Shown one piece after another: positions 1 to 15,104 of a stretch of 64,000 nucleotides of DNA. The position numbers were made by a program, and so were the translations under genes. Origin of the DNA: Octopus vulgaris (taxonomy: Eukaryota); contig OX597838.1 in the NCBI GenBank assembly GCA_951406725.2, forward strand, positions 25,110,001 through 25,174,000. Reading direction: 5' to 3'. The number at the start of each line of letters is the position of its first letter. The first letter of the stretch is position 1. The notes below the pieces were generated by a model. That model did no database searches. It was not told the DNA's origin and saw only the letters and a program-made list of their open reading frames with translations.

Positions 1-742
1 TATATAGTGTAGTGGAGGCTTTTTACGTGCCACCAGCACAGGTACCAGGGGAGGATGGCAGTGACTACGATCGGTTGGTGCTTTTTGTGTATATATTTTT
101 TTTTATTGTATGTAAATAAATGCTAAAAGACTGTATTTTCAAATCCTTTATTCACTACATTAGCTTATATTTAAAATAATTTGTATTAAATAAAGATTTT
201 CGATGCCAATCAGAAATGACTGCTATGGTCCTTGTAGGACATAAGAACTGTTAGTACTTCTAGTGTTATCAATGAGAAGCTGTCCACTGACGATTATCTC
301 ACTTGACCTACATTGTCATTGGAACATTGAGCAATCAACCACAAATAGAATAAAGAGGCAAATCACATTCTTGTTCATACTGATTTAATAAAAAGTGAGA
401 TTGCCCTTCTTACTCGCCACTTGAATGTGTCTTTAAGCTTTTTTTTTTTTTTAGCTTTATTGCTTCATTGAATCCAATACAATGCCAGTGTTTGATACAC
501 TAATCTAGGGCATAATCTGTTGTTTTGTCAATTGTAAAGCAGTGGAGCGTGTCAAAAGAATAAGGGAGCATTTGTATAACTTTCAGTATTGTAATGTAGT
601 TGACTATCAATTTACTCCTAAAACCACATCCTGGCATAATGATATACGGCTTTTTTTTGTTTTACTTGTTTCACACACTAACACTGATTGTTGAGAGCTA
701 ATAGAGGACAGGCATAAAAGACACACACATATGTGTGTGTGC

Positions 743-776
<34 letters not shown>

Positions 777-985
777 ATAATAAATATATATATATATATA
801 TGTATATATATTCCACATTCTTCGTGGAAAATAGCGATTTTGACGTCTATATCTAGCATATTGACCGTCCACTTTTAGCGGTCAGTCCTTTAAATTTTGT
901 ATGTAAAAATATTTTAATCTTCGGATTTCTTTAATATGCAAGACCACTGGTTTTAATTGATTAATATCAATTTCTACCCTTATTC

Positions 986-1050
<65 letters not shown>

Positions 1051-1559
1051 AAATTGTTTATAATTTTCGCCTTTAAAGGTATTTTAATATGCTGCCACTT
1101 TGATGAAATTGTTTTTGCAAAAAAATGTTATCCTATATTAGAAGTATATATATAATATATAGATAGATAAAACTTATTTGGAAAAGGATGTGTGGCGTTC
1201 GATCATATAATAACATAAATAATATATACATCTGTGCATATATACATAATATATAATATATAAATATATGCATATATATAAAACGTGGAATATATGAAAC
1301 AGGGACAACTGAAGAAGGGAAATATTCTTTATTTCGCATGTCTTGTTTCTCTGTTTGCTTTTTTCGTCGTTCGAAAAAAAGTTCAATTCTATGTTTTTGT
1401 TTCTCATTGTGTTCAATGATTTTTTGATGTCCTGCACCCATATATGCATATATATATATACATATATATGTAGGTATGTACATATATGTATATATGCATA
1501 TATTTATATATTATTAATATTTTTTATATATTATATATATATATATATATAAATGTATG

Positions 1560-1598
<39 letters not shown>

Positions 1599-2186
1599 GG
1601 GCCAAAACAGCTTGATTCAAATTTGTTGGTACGCTTGAGTTTCAAGCGTGATGCTAGTCGTCAGCCATTTTGAATTTGAATAAGAGAAATTGATTGTTAT
1701 TACTGTAAGGTAAGCTATGATTGGTCGAGGGAGGCCATGCAATGTCATGGTTTGAGTTAGCTGGAGGATACAGCATGGTGAACAGGAAATAGACCATGTG
1801 GTGGACAGGAAATAGACCATGTGGTGATTAGGAAATTGGTCAAGTTATTGGCAGCGGAAAAGTAGAAAGGGGCGGCATGTGCAAGTATATAGTTCTATAT
1901 GTGGGTGTGTAGATGCACTCATTTGGTTTTGAATGCATGTGTGTATTCATGCGAGCATGCACATCTGTACATGGGTGCACACGTGCACATCTGCACACAC
2001 ACATGGACACATGCTTGGACGAACATGCATGCATATGCACACACATACATGCATACACACACATGCATATTCATTCATATGTATATAAGTATATTCGGAT
2101 GCATGTACAAACACGTGTGCATATGTATTTGTGTGTAAGTACACATGCACAAAGCAAGCATTGAGGATTGGTAAGCGTATATATAA

Positions 2187-2278
<92 letters not shown>

Positions 2279-2282
2279 ATCT

Positions 2283-2317
<35 letters not shown>

Positions 2318-2605
2318 TAGATATAACAATTAAGCTAGGTGTAAAATACACCTAAGGGATATTAAATATCCAAAGAATTTACTGGTTTATATTGCCCTAT
2401 ATATACACACAAATGCACAGACACAAGCACACAGAAACACACACACGTGAGCTTCTTTCAGTTTCTGTGTCTACCAAATCTACTCACAAGGTTCTAGTCA
2501 GCCCGTGGCTTTTGTAGAAGACTTGCCCAAGGTGTCATGTAGGGGGACTGAACCCGGAGCCATGTGGTTGGGAAGCAAACTTCTTACCACACAGCCACAA
2601 TGTGC

Positions 2606-2652
<47 letters not shown>

Positions 2653-2773
2653 AGTGAGTAACAAAGATGTACAGGTGTCAATTCATTACAACCGTTTCTA
2701 ACGAGCTCCTTTAATTGATTAATGAGAACATTACTTCATTACAAAAAAGCCATGATCTTCAAACATAAAGGTC

Positions 2774-2933
2774 AGGAGTGGCTGTGTGGTAAGTAGCTTG
2801 CTTACCAACCACATGGTTCCGGGTTCAGTCCGACTGCATGACACCTTGGGCAAGTGTCTTCTACTATAGCCTTGGGCTGACCAAAGCCTTGTGAGTGGAT
2901 TTGCTAGACGGAAACTGAAAAAAGCCTGTCGTA

Positions 2934-2986
<53 letters not shown>

Positions 2987-3200
2987 GTGTGTATGTTTGT
3001 GTGTCTGTGTTTGTCACCCAGCATCGCTTGACAACCGATGCTTGTGTGTTTACGTCCCCCGTAACTTAGCGGTTCAGCAAAAAGTGACCGATAGAATAAG
3101 TACTGGGCTTACAATCAATAAGTCCTGGGGTCGATTTGCTCGACTAAAGGTGGTGCTCCAGCATGGCCACAGTCACATGACTGAAACAAGTAAAACAGTA
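2774..3200 (+). mobile_element. tRNA-derived SINE, family A (internal TA/TG microsatellite)
   Basis: A/B-box-like head tggctgtgtggtaag...gggttcagtcc, CORE-like accttgggcaagtgtct, tail gactgaaacaagtaaaa; many full or partial copies in the window. Confidence 0.85.
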
Positions 3201-3444
3201 AAAGGAGAGAGTTCAACTTATTCTACATAGTTAACAAATTCACAGAGTAAAAATATTTACATTGATCCTGCTACCATTCAGTTGGCAGAATGAACTTATC
3301 AGAATAGTGTATATTTGGTCAGGACAAATAAGAATTTAGGGATTATTTGAGTGTGTAGAAGGGATTACAAGGGTATGAATGCTATTCAAACCTAAGAAGC
3401 TGCTTCAATTTAAGTACCTAATTCAATTGAATCTTTATTGTATG

Positions 3445-3479
<35 letters not shown>

Positions 3480-3480
<1 letters not shown>

Positions 3481-3870
3481 TAGCAGTATCGCCCGGCGTT
3501 GCTCAGGTTTGTTTCAACCCTTTAGAATTGGAATTTTTGAAAAGTAAAAATTTTACATTATGTAGCTTGTTATTCTCTTTTAGTGAACATTTTTCAAGTT
3601 GAAATACACCGAAAAATGGCGACACAGCAGTAAAAAAATCGTAAAAAATAGGGATTTTCATAGAAAAAAAAAGCACCTTTTTGATGTAAATAAATTTTGG
3701 TCTTAACATGGTCCAATTTGAATTTTATCTCCTAAGGAATGATGAGCAAGCCTTCTTCTATCATACTCTCAATTTTGGTCAACTTGTGCCGCAGGGTCAC
3801 GGAGAAGATAGTGTTAGTTGAAGGCTACCAAACCTGCCACACACAGACAACTTCAGCTTTATATATATAT
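3480..3870 (-). mobile_element. Non-autonomous Helitron
   Basis: Minus strand ends in a GC hairpin (cctgagcaacgccggg) followed by CTAG; the other end merges into (TA)n. Confidence 0.65.
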
Positions 3871-3886
3871 ATATATATATATATAA

Positions 3887-4215
3887 GAGTGAGTCAAAAA
3901 GTAATGCCATTTTGTTTAGGACAGATATAATTACCAACACAGGAACATGTATCATACATCAAAATGAAGCTGGTCCTCTGTGGATCACATCCCTACTTCT
4001 CAACATAATCACCGTTTCTCTCAATAGCAATGTTCCACCTTCAAATGAGAGCATATATCCCTGCCCGTAAAATTCTGTTGACTGTTCTGTGAGCTACTTC
4101 TTCACTACAGTTTTCATTTCCTTGTCACTGGAAAACTCTCTTTTGTGGGGCCGAAGAGATGATAGCCCAGTGACAAGGAAGTGAAAACTGTAGTGAAGAA
4201 CTAGCTCAAAGAACA
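3887..4215 (-). pseudogene. mariner transposase 3' fragment with terminal sequence and a local inversion
   Basis: Minus strand SDKEMKTVVKK*LTEQSTEFY...ERNGDYVEK; 4085-4131 is repeated inverted at 4168-4215. Confidence 0.7.
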
Positions 4216-4424
4216 AAAATGGAACAAGAACACAACAGATGACAATAAAACATCCAGACAGAGAGATGATACAAAGACAGACAGGAAAAACAAGGACAGG
4301 TCATTTATAGCCTTCTCTCCTCAGCCAAGTGTCCAGATTATCATTACAGTTTCGGCCGGTTACATTTGAGACTGTTCAAATCTGGCTGGCCCCAAAAATG
4401 TAAGCTAAGAACATTAAATATTTT

Positions 4425-4462
<38 letters not shown>

Positions 4463-4547
4463 ATCCAAACATGAAAACACAACAACACGAGGAGGTGGAA
4501 CAAGTATAACGTTATTGGACACTCAGGAAAGGAAAGAAAGAAGGAGG

Positions 4548-4582
4548 ATTTAACATTTCGAGCAGAGCTCTTCGTCAGAAAC
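4548..4582 (-). ncRNA. Minimal hammerhead motif within a ~190-bp repeat (4459-4650) inserted in (TA)n
   Basis: Minus strand gttt-CTGACGA-a-gagc tct gctc-GAAA-tg-TT-aaat. A decayed second copy of the same repeat lies at ~56489-56668. Confidence 0.55.
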
Positions 4583-4710
4583 ATAGAAAAAGGAAAGGTC
4601 CAAGGAAGGGAAGATGGAGAAAGAAAATCACCAATGATACACACGGTCACATATTATATATGTGTGTGTGTGTATATATATATAGAGAGAGAGAGAGAGA
4701 GATATGTATG

Positions 4711-4760
<50 letters not shown>

Positions 4761-4946
4761 TGTGCGTGTAGACAGATAAGCATCAACAACTTTCTTTCCA
4801 TGTACACCGTCACTGTCTACACAAAAACATTATACACACATGCACTGCATTTTCTCAAACGACTTCAAGAACTTTTGAGAAAACAGGTTTAATGAGTCTA
4901 AAACAAGAAAAATACACAAGAACTATTTACATACATACATAATACA

Positions 4947-5007
<61 letters not shown>

Positions 5008-6974
5008 ATATATATATGCCATGTGTATATATTTTAATATATATATATATATATATATTTATTTATATGCAGAGATATACATAGATATGGACACATATAT
5101 ACATATATACACACAGATATATAAACACACATATAAGCCACATATATATACACATGTGTGAGGGCGTAGACACTGAAAGTGGGGGAGGTGTTGAACTAAA
5201 TGAATTTAAACTAGCAGCAAAAATACAATAAAAAAGCCAAAAAGGGGTTAAGTTTTAAGAGTGGTGAGGGTGTGTGGGGTGGCTGTATGATGGCATAATA
5301 GTAGTAGTAGTAGTAGTAGTAGTAGTCGGGGTAAGGGTGGGGGTTGATGATGATAGTGATGGTGGTGGTTGTGGTGAGGTAGGAATTAAGAGTGGTGATA
5401 TTTATAGTAGCGATGGTGGTGGTTATGATGGTAGTGGTGGTGGTGGTGATGATAGTGGGTGGTGATGATAGTGGAGGAGGTGTTAAGAGTGGTGATATCG
5501 ATAGTAGTGATGGTGATGGTTATGATAGAGGTGGGTGGCGGTGGTGGTGGTGGTGGTGGTTGTGCTTTCAGTGGTGGTGGTAGTGGTGTTGGTGGTGATG
5601 GTAGTGGTGGCAAGGGATTGTTAAGAGTGATGGCGGTGGTTGTAATGGTGATAGTTATGATGATGGCGGTAGTGGTGGTGGTTGTGATGGTGATGGCGGT
5701 GGTGGTGGTTGTGATGGTTGTACTTATGATGACAGTGATATTGGTGGTGATGATGGTGATGGTGGTGGTGTTGAGGTCGAGTTAAGGTTGATGATATTGA
5801 CAATGGTGAATGTGGTGGTGGTGCTGGTGGTGGTGGTGGTTGTGGTGGCAGTAGTGGTGACGTTATGATGGTGAGGTGGGGGGGAGAGAATGTGCGGTGC
5901 ATAGTAGGGTTAGGGGTTAGAGTGGAGGGGGGAAAAGAGGGGAGGGGTCAGTGGCTGAAGGTGAAACTAATAACGTCAGCGGATCTTGTTTGCCAACAAC
6001 AGTTCTTGATACTTTGATGTGAAACTTGAATTTCTGGCCACCAAGGTAAGGTGGTGGAGGTGGTGGGTGTTGTTTAGGGTCAAGACAAGACTGGCATGTG
6101 GTTATGTGGGGTGGCCCAGCGTAAGTGTAAGGAGGTGGTAGTGGGTGGCTCGAAAAGCAACCAGATCTGTTGGACAGGACCGGGGTGGCAGGGGTGGGGA
6201 GTTCTGATGAGCAAAGTAAGATAACAAGATTAAAACAGAGAAAAGGAGACAATCCTGTATGAAATTAAATAAAAAAAAAAAAAAAACAGAAAGAAATGAC
6301 CACCACCACATCTTAATCATGTAACCTCCACCCCAGCTTCGTTTACTACCACCACTACCACCACCATCACTCGTACTACCAACACCAACACCAACACCAA
6401 CATTATTACTACCACTGTCACTATTACTACTAACACCCCTGCCACAGCTATCACCACTACTACCACCACCACTACCACCACCACCACCACCACCACCATC
6501 ACCCATACTACCAACACCAATACTATTACTGCCACCATCACTACTATCACAACTACAACCACCACCACCAACAACAACAACACCACCACTACCACCATTA
6601 TTACCAACACCACCGCCACTACTACCAACACCAAGTATATTGTTATGCTTGGGAATGGTCACCTATTTTTTACTGTTTGCTAATTAAGCACCCGCACTAT
6701 TTATTTGATCTTCAGTTTTTATTCACACTATCGTTAGCTTATGTGTCTGTCAAAGGTCTTTTGTCACACATCTTGTGTCCTCATAAGAAACACTCTGCCC
6801 ATGTGTCTCCTTTTGTCCTGCTTATTCTATTTTGTCCTTCTGTGGTACGCATGTATACACATCGATATACAAAAGTAAGATCCAGGAATCTAAGTGAAAG
6901 AAGTCTCCAAGCTTCAAACAGTCTGTGGCAAGTACAGAAAGGAGAAAGTGGATAGTACACAATAAGGTGTTCTT

Positions 6975-7058
6975 GGCCTGATGATTAGCTAAGTTGAGTA
7001 CCTATCATTGAATAATTATTACATCAGACGATCAGCTAGCTAAGAAACATACCTAGCC
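6975..7058 (+). ncRNA. Degenerate hammerhead-like motif with extended stem II
   Basis: ggc-CTGATGA-ttagctaagttga...tcagctagctaa-GAAA-catacc-TA-gcc. Confidence 0.4.
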
Positions 7059-7388
7059 TGGGGTTTACCCATTCCTCTCCCTCAATTTAATATATTTTTC
7101 ACTGTATTGCTTATTCATTATTTATTATTGATCTTCAATAAAAGTGAAGCAGTGTCCTTTAATTTGCTGCTTTTCTAAACACAAACCAAGAAGATATCTT
7201 GCAGAACAGTCATTATTTTAAAGAAATACATCTTGTAATCACCTGAAAAGACACATCTATACCAGCGGATACTCCTAAACCAGTTGTTACGTATCCCACC
7301 AATGAGGGATTGATGCTAAATGGATCAAAACAATTGTAGTGATTAATAAACATTCTCATATCTTCCATCTTCCATCTCTCTCATTCAT

Positions 7389-7429
<41 letters not shown>

Positions 7430-7545
7430 TTTACTCTTTTACTTGTTTCAATCACGCGACTGTGGCCATGCTAGAGCACCACCTTTAGTCGAGCAAATCG
7501 ACCCCAGGACTTATTCTTTGTAAGCCTAGTACTTATTCTATTAGT

Positions 7546-7595
<50 letters not shown>

Positions 7596-7782
7596 CACAT
7601 AATTAAGGGATTAGCAAAAAGTTGTGTCACCACATACCGAAAATTTAGAAATAGCAGTCAAAACCACCAATTCTTTTACTACAATATATCTCCATAATTG
7701 AGATAATGGGGGGTCCATACTGAAGCTACTTAGTAAAATTTATTAATTATTAAATTAAGAATTCTTTACCCTATATCTATAA

Positions 7783-7847
<65 letters not shown>

Positions 7848-7977
7848 CACCCGAAATTGCGAGGATGATCCGGTTCTTGACTGAAGATTGAAGGCTTCGA
7901 ACATTTAGTGTTTTTTGTATCGTCCGTGTTTTTTGTATCGTCATCTAAATGTTTTGCGTTCTTGTCCCAGTTTGTAT

Positions 7978-8047
<70 letters not shown>

Positions 8048-8052
<5 letters not shown>

Positions 8053-8387
8053 TTGTATATATATATTTTCTCCAAATTTTATAAGGTTTATATATATATT
8101 TAGGTTATAAATATATATTTTTTTTCTCCAAATTTTATAAAGTTTACATTTCATATGTATATTTAGGTTTTATATAAATATTTTCTCCAAATTTTATAAG
8201 GTTTATTTAGGTTTTATATACATATTTTCTCCAAATTTTATAGGTTTCATATGTACATTTAGGTTTTATAAACATATTTTCTCCAAATTTTATAGGATTT
8301 AGATATATATATATATATATAAAAGCAAATAAATGGTACAACGAAGTACTGATATTTACTGGAAAGCAATACTTTCGTATTGCATTA

Positions 8388-8450
<63 letters not shown>

Positions 8451-8600
8451 GGTTGTATATTTTTTTATACTTTTACTTGTTTCAGTCATTTGACTGCAGC
8501 CTTCTCCAAATTTTATAGGTTTTTTATATCTATTTAGGTTTTATATACATATTTTCTCTGAATTTTTCAAGTTTTATATATATATTTTCTCTAAGTTTTT
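8048..8600. repeat. AT-rich ~45-55-bp minisatellite
   Basis: Repeats of atattttctccaaattttata...tttaggtt. Confidence 0.85.
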
Positions 8601-9063
8601 AACTTTACAATGTAGTTTTACTTTCAGTTTTTCACCCAGAATACTTTGGTAGTCTTTTATTTGACTCCATTGAGCCATAAAGTCAAAATTCCTTAAAAAC
8701 CAAGAACTGTACAGTAGGGTGTGGTTTGGAGAAGATACAGCATATATTTCTAGCAGGTTGAGTGACCACGTAGAAGCTCTCTCACTGGCTGTTGTTGAGG
8801 TTGTTGTTGCTGCTGCTTATGGTATTGGTGTTATGATTAATCCATAATATATCATTAGTTCAGTGGTCATGGTCATTCGTAAAGTAATACTTTGCACACA
8901 TAATAACATGGATAATGAATGATGCAACAGCAACAATGGTAGCTGCAACAAGAAGAACAACAGCGGCAGCAGTAACAACAACAACAACAACAACAGCAGC
9001 AGCAGCAGCTATCAGAACACCAACAATAACAACTATCAGACCACCACCACCACCACCACCACC

Positions 9064-9162
<99 letters not shown>

Positions 9163-10062
9163 CATTCAAGAATTTGGACCTGGAGATCTCCATTTCCAGC
9201 GACTTGACTTCGAGGGCCACCTCCCAGTGGTGTCAGGCGTCAGTGAAGAGCCCTCAACTATAACAAGACGACCCCAGTTTTTTTTTCCAAGGTCTGGGGT
9301 CTCCCGCCCCTAAGTCCTAGATCATCACCTAATCACCCTTACCTGTCTTGTTGCTTAGCAACAACAACAACAACAACCACCAACAACAACTGTAGCAACA
9401 GCAGCAACCATGACAGCAACAACACCAATAAAAACTGCTGGAACACCACCACCACCAACAACAACAGCAACAGCAAAAGCAGCAATGATGACAACAACAA
9501 CAACAACACCAATACCAGCTATCAGAACACCAACACCGCCACCACCACACCACAACAGAAGTAGCAGCAGTGACAACAACAACATCAATATCAGAACACC
9601 ACCAACACCAACAACAAAACCTAAACCACCACCACCACCAATAACAATTAGCAGAATACCACCAACATAAACAACAACACCACAAATAACAGCTATCAGA
9701 GTACCACCACTGCCAACAACAACATTAACAGTAACTATAACACCAACACTATAAACCAAAAAAAAAACAGAACACCACTAGCATTAACAACAACAACAAC
9801 AAAAATCATTTTCCATGTACAACAACAGCAACAACAGGCTTCTGATTGGATTAATACTGTTGCAAAATAAACTCTTTCATATGACCTACACCGCTGACGG
9901 AACGGATTGTTGTAGTTGTTGCTACTACTTTTATATACTGTAGGGTGGGGGCAAAACCTTACAGTGAGGACCAGATTAAATCCATTGGGTTACTGCTGCT
10001 GTTGTTGGTGGTGGTGTTGTCATTTAACTGTTTAGCATTCAGATTACTCTGCCAGACGTAAT

Positions 10063-10710
10063 ATTGGTTTCAAATTTGGCACAAGTCCAGCAGTTCTGGG
10101 CGAGTGAGGTTGATTACATTGACCCCAGTGCATAACTGGTACTTATTTTATCAACCCCGAAACGATGAAAGACAAAGTTGATCTCAGCAGAATTTGAACA
10201 CAGAACATCAAAGACAAGTGAAATGCTGCTAAGCATTTTGCCTGGTTCTGCCAGCTGGCCGCCGTATGGCCATTTGATACTGATTTCAAACTTTGACACA
10301 AGGCCAGCAATTTTGGGGGAGGGGGTAAGTTGATTACATTGACCCTAGTGCTCAACTGGTATTTGTTTTATCCACCCCAAAAGGTTGAAAGGCAAAGTCG
10401 GCCTCGGTGGAATTTGAACCCAGAATAAAATGTCACTAAGCATATTCTCTGGTGTGCTTACAATTCCACCAGCTTGCAGTCCACAATAATAATAATGGTT
10501 TCAAATTTTGGCACAAGGCCAGCAATTCTGGGGGAGGGAGTAAGTTTATTACATTGACCCCAATACTAAACTGGTACTCATTTTACAAACCCTGAAAGGA
10601 TGAAAGGCAAAACTGACCTCAGCGGAATTTGAACTCAGAATGTAAAGACACGCAAAATGCTACTAAAGCATTTTCTCCAGCATGCTAATGATTCTGCCAG
10701 CTTGCCACTT
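10063..10710 (-). mobile_element. Head-to-tail cluster of three family B SINEs
   Basis: Three repeats of ggcacaaggccagc...gaaaggcaaag...ctgccagct. Confidence 0.8.
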
Positions 10711-10974
10711 TTGCCTAAAGTAATATTGCATACGTACCAGTGGCAGATGCAGGGGTCTTGCCCTAGTTGCCCAGGCAACACTCTTTCTAGCTGACACCAA
10801 AAAAATCAGGACCAGGGTTTTACTAGCAGTTTCACAGCATCACTGTTTTGTATGTTAGAGTTCATAAAAATGGGTCCATTTGTTATGCATTGCAATTCCC
10901 ACCTTATATAGTATTTTTTTTCAAAACTTTTGGGGAACATCCAAAAATATCTTGAAATACTAAAGAGTAAATTT

Positions 10975-11142
10975 ATTCAATAAAATCGCCATTGGCTTCA
11001 ACCACAGCCTCTAGATGACTTCAGAATCTCCTGCAACTCTTCTGGATGGTCTCCTTGTTTAAGTTGGTAAATGCTGCCATAATCTTTGCCGTCAGTTCAT
11101 CTTTGGTGTTACAAGGAGTTTTGTTGGTCTCTCACTCAACTG
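10975..11142 (-). pseudogene. Tc1/mariner transposase C-terminal fragment
   Basis: ETNKTPCNTKDELTAKIMAAFTNLNKETIQKSCRRF*SHLEAVVEANGDFIE*. Confidence 0.75.
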
Positions 11143-11211
11143 TTTCAGAGTCCAGTAACAAAGCCAATTCTTGCTCAAATGATCTCAAATTTCAACATGT
11201 GTAAAAGCTAA

Positions 11212-11489
11212 GTTTGGCTCAGGCATGCCAGTGATAGGGACAATGTGTTGTTGAAATGGCCATCATGTTCACTTGACTTGACATCTTGTGATTTTTTTTG
11301 CTATAGGATTATGTGAAAAGATTAGTCTATCTCCCTGCTCTTCCTACAAGCCTAAAGGAACACATGCAGAGAATCACTTAGGTGCTGAAGAATGCTACGC
11401 AAGGCATGCCACAGCATGTTCGGCAGGAACTGGACAACCGACTTGATGTGTGTCGTGTCACAGGTGGCGCGCCTATTGAACATTTGTGA
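11212..11489 (+). pseudogene. Tc1/mariner (WPPRSPDL type) transposase C-terminal fragment
   Basis: WPSCSLDLTSCDFF...VRQELDNRLDVCRVTGGAPIEHL* with stops and frameshifts. Confidence 0.8.
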
Positions 11490-11659
11490 AGCTTTGTGAA
11501 ATCAATTATAAAATTTACAACCCTCTGAATGCTTTGTTCGAACTTTGATAAATAAATCATTTATTGTTCAACATGAAAACTGTTTAATTTTGTTTGGCTC
11601 AGACACGTAGTTACTCACATATTCACATTTCAAATAATTCTTTTGTTCTTTTCTTTTTC

Positions 11660-12055
11660 TTTTACTTGTTTCGGCCGTTTGACTGTGGCAAGGCTGGAGC
11701 ACTGCCTTAAAGGGTTTTTTTTTTAGTTGAAGAAATCAGCCATAGAACTTATTCTTTGTAAGCTTAGTACTTATTCTATCAAATTTTTTTTTTGAACCGC
11801 TAAATTACAGGGACATAAACACACCAACATCGGTTGTCAAGTGTTGGTAGGGGGACAAACACAGACACAAAGACACACACATAAATATATATACAATGGA
11901 CTTCTTTCAGTTTCCATCTACCAAATCCACTGACAAGACTTTGGCTGGCCCAAGGCTATAGTAGAAGACATTTGCCAACAGTGCCACACAGTGGAACTGA
12001 ACCTAGAACCATGTGGTTGGGGAACAAACTTCTTAGCTCACAGCCATGCCTGTGC
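11660..12055 (-). mobile_element. SINE family A copy
   Basis: Reverse-complement match to 2774-3200, CpG-decayed. Confidence 0.85.
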
Positions 12056-12189
12056 CAATCATCATCATCATCATCATCATCATCAATATTTAACATTCGT
12101 TATCAATGCTAGCATGGGTTGGACAGTTTGACCAGGGCTGGCAGGCTGGAATGCTGCACCAGACTCCAGTCTGATATATATATTAGCCT

Positions 12190-12575
12190 CACAGAGAAAG
12201 TAAGCTTCATATGTAATTGATACACTAAAGCAATATGCACTATCAAAACACCGGAAGTAGATTCTCTTAAATGCCTGCACGACATGCTGGAAATTGCCAA
12301 TAGCTTTTGTTGCCTTGGAGATGTAATTAGCAAAAGTCGCTGCTCTGAAAGTATAGTAGCCAGGGTAGAAACAAGTTGGAAGAAGCTCAGTGAGCAACCA
12401 CCACTGCTGGAGACAAAGGTCTTATCTCTCAGAGGAAAGGGCAGATTGTATGACACTTGTGTTAGAATTGTGGTGCTGCATAGTAGTGAGACATGGGTTT
12501 TGATTGCAGGGGTCTTGAGGAGACCAGAAAGAAAGAATTGAAGCTTGTATGCTCTGTTGGATGTGCAAATTTAAG
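12190..12575 (+). pseudogene. Decayed RTE reverse-transcriptase thumb/C-terminal fragment
   Basis: LEIANSFCCLGDVIS...ARV..SWKKL...KGRLYDTCVRIVVLHSSETW. Confidence 0.8.
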
Positions 12576-15104
12576 AGCGTGATGAATGACGAAGTACAAA
12601 TGTGTACCACTGCATGATACCTTGGACAAGTGCCTTCCACTATAGCCAACTAAAGCCTGGTCAGTGAATTTGTTAGATGGAAACTGAAAGAAGCCCATCA
12701 TACGTGTGTGTGTGTGTGTGTGTGTGCATTTGTGTCTGTATTTGTCGCCCCCACCACCCACTGCTTAACAACTGGCCTTGGTGTGTCTGCATCCCTGTAA
12801 CTTACCAGTTTGGCATAAGTGACCAATGGGAAAAGTACTAGGCTTAAAAAAAAAAAAACTAAGTAGTGAGACTGATTCGCTTGACTAAAACCCATGAAGG
12901 CGGTGCCCCAGCATGGCCTCAGACTAATGACTGAAACAAGTAAAAAGATAAAGGGTATAGTTACATCTGACCCTTTATATTGTAGTTGTGACATTTGATG
13001 TTTTGTAACAAGGTTTAAACAAAGATGCCCCTCTCCCCATTGTAGTGATGGTGTCACTGTTTTTCTGCAATGTGTAACAACAAGAAAGACACATACACAT
13101 GCATGAACGCACGCAGATGTGGTTCACAGCAAGACACCTATACATGTCCTACTGTGGCTAATGACACAAGCAAAATTATTATTGTAATTGTTGTTCATCA
13201 GTTTCCATGAATGAATAAACACAAATCATAACAGAAAAGATTAGATATGATATGCATGCAACACACACACACACTCAGAACATACAGCTGAAAGAACTGC
13301 CATTAAGCATTTTGCTCTTCATGCTAACAATTCTGCCAGGTTACTGTCTTAAAAGCAAGAAATATTGGTTTCAAATTTTGGCACAAGGCCAGCAATTTGG
13401 GGGGAGGATCTAAGTCAATTAGACAGACCCCAGTGTGTAACTGGTACTTATTTTATCAAATCTCAAAGGGATGAAAGGCAAGGTCAACCTCAGAGACATT
13501 TGAATTCTGAACGTAATTTAGTGGTTCGGCCAAGAACCTAGTGAGGTTACCATACAGCTTGTGTGACTAAGATACCCATTGACTGAGTGAGGCTGCTGCA
13601 GAGAGGGGGACAATTTTATGCTAAGAGATGAGAGGTTAGAATAAAAGAGAAGAGACCAGAGCATTTTACCCAGTGTGTTGAAAAGGTCTGCCAGCCTGCT
13701 GCCTTGAAAACAAGAAAAATAGACCCTCAATAGTAACTTTTCAGTTTTAAAATATATATTGAAACTTAAAACACATCCTAAACAGCTTAAAAAATGACAT
13801 CAATGATCGCATTGAACAATACAGCCATTTTACATACACGGTCTGACAAAGAAAAAACAATTTTTAAAAAAATGACACGGTAATGGATGGAAGAATGCTG
13901 ATCCATAGGTTTGCCCAGTCAAGGTTGACCTGGGGCTAAAAAAAAAAAATAACAGCAACAAATTGATTGAATGTTCTTGTTCCAACTGTTTCTTCAAATC
14001 AATGTGGCTACTGAGGCCTTGTTTTGATTCAGTGATTTCTGTATTTTTAAACATTGGCGTACTTTTATGATTGTTGCAGTCAGCTTCTTCACATACATCA
14101 ATATGATGGGATGGTTGTTTTCGTTGTTGTTGTTGTTGTGGTGGTGGTGGTGGTGGTGTTGCTGGAGGTGGCGGTGGTAGTTTGTTGCCAGTTATTAGAG
14201 TTTCTCTAATTGTTTTGCATTATTATCGAAACAGTTGCTTTCGTTGTTATTGGATAATATTTTACAATATGCATGAATTGCTGTGCATATTTTTGCTGTG
14301 TGTGCATGTATATACATACATATATGTATATACATGTATATACATACATGTATATATATATACGAGCAAAATGGCTCCCATCCAATGGACAGTGCTGAAT
14401 CATATCTGCTGAATAAAAAGCAATCAGTGTTTTCTTTTCATTAAAAAATAATTAAGCATGCCTTTATTCCAATAAAATTTTTGGTTTTGTTAAACAAAAT
14501 TAAGGCAAAAAAAACTTCTTGAGAAACCAAATAGTCTTTCCTTCCTTTGAAGAAAAGTTTGAAGAAAATATCTCTTTTGCATCTTACTTTTTTGGTCTCT
14601 TAAATATACTGCATTTTGTGGCATTATTTCAAGCCAGCCGGCTTTTTTTGCACAAACTGCACATGCATTTTTCTTGCATACGCATAGTATCGATTGATAC
14701 AGCTGATGTACTTCCATGTACAAATGCACATTCCCACGGCTTTATCGATGTAATCTTTTCAAGACTTATACATGCCCTGATGCCATCAGTATCTACATAT
14801 CTAATTTGAGCGCAATCGGATAGAGGATGCCCGAAATCCAAGAAAACACACACACACACAGACAGAACAGATTTTATATAATAGATATATACTTGTTTAA
14901 GTATATATATATATATACACAAAAATTATTATAATTATAAACATAATTATAATTAAGGCTTAGCAAAATTGCTTCACCACATATCGAAATTTAGAAATAA
15001 CAGTTAAATACTATTCTACTACCATAAGATATCTCCCAGACAGCAATACTCTCAACTCACAGAGGCAAAGAGAAAAAAATAACGAATCCACCCGGCTTTG
15101 ATTA

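Noticed and set aside
7150-7250. Minus-strand acceptor with YFFK/LFCK-like words resembling LIMK exon 3
   Set aside because: The words are in different frames, and the required phase hits an immediate TGA.
12955-13070. Possible minus-strand exon (KTVTPSLQWGEGH...)
   Set aside because: Weak donor, no homology, and it cannot complete the LIM finger.
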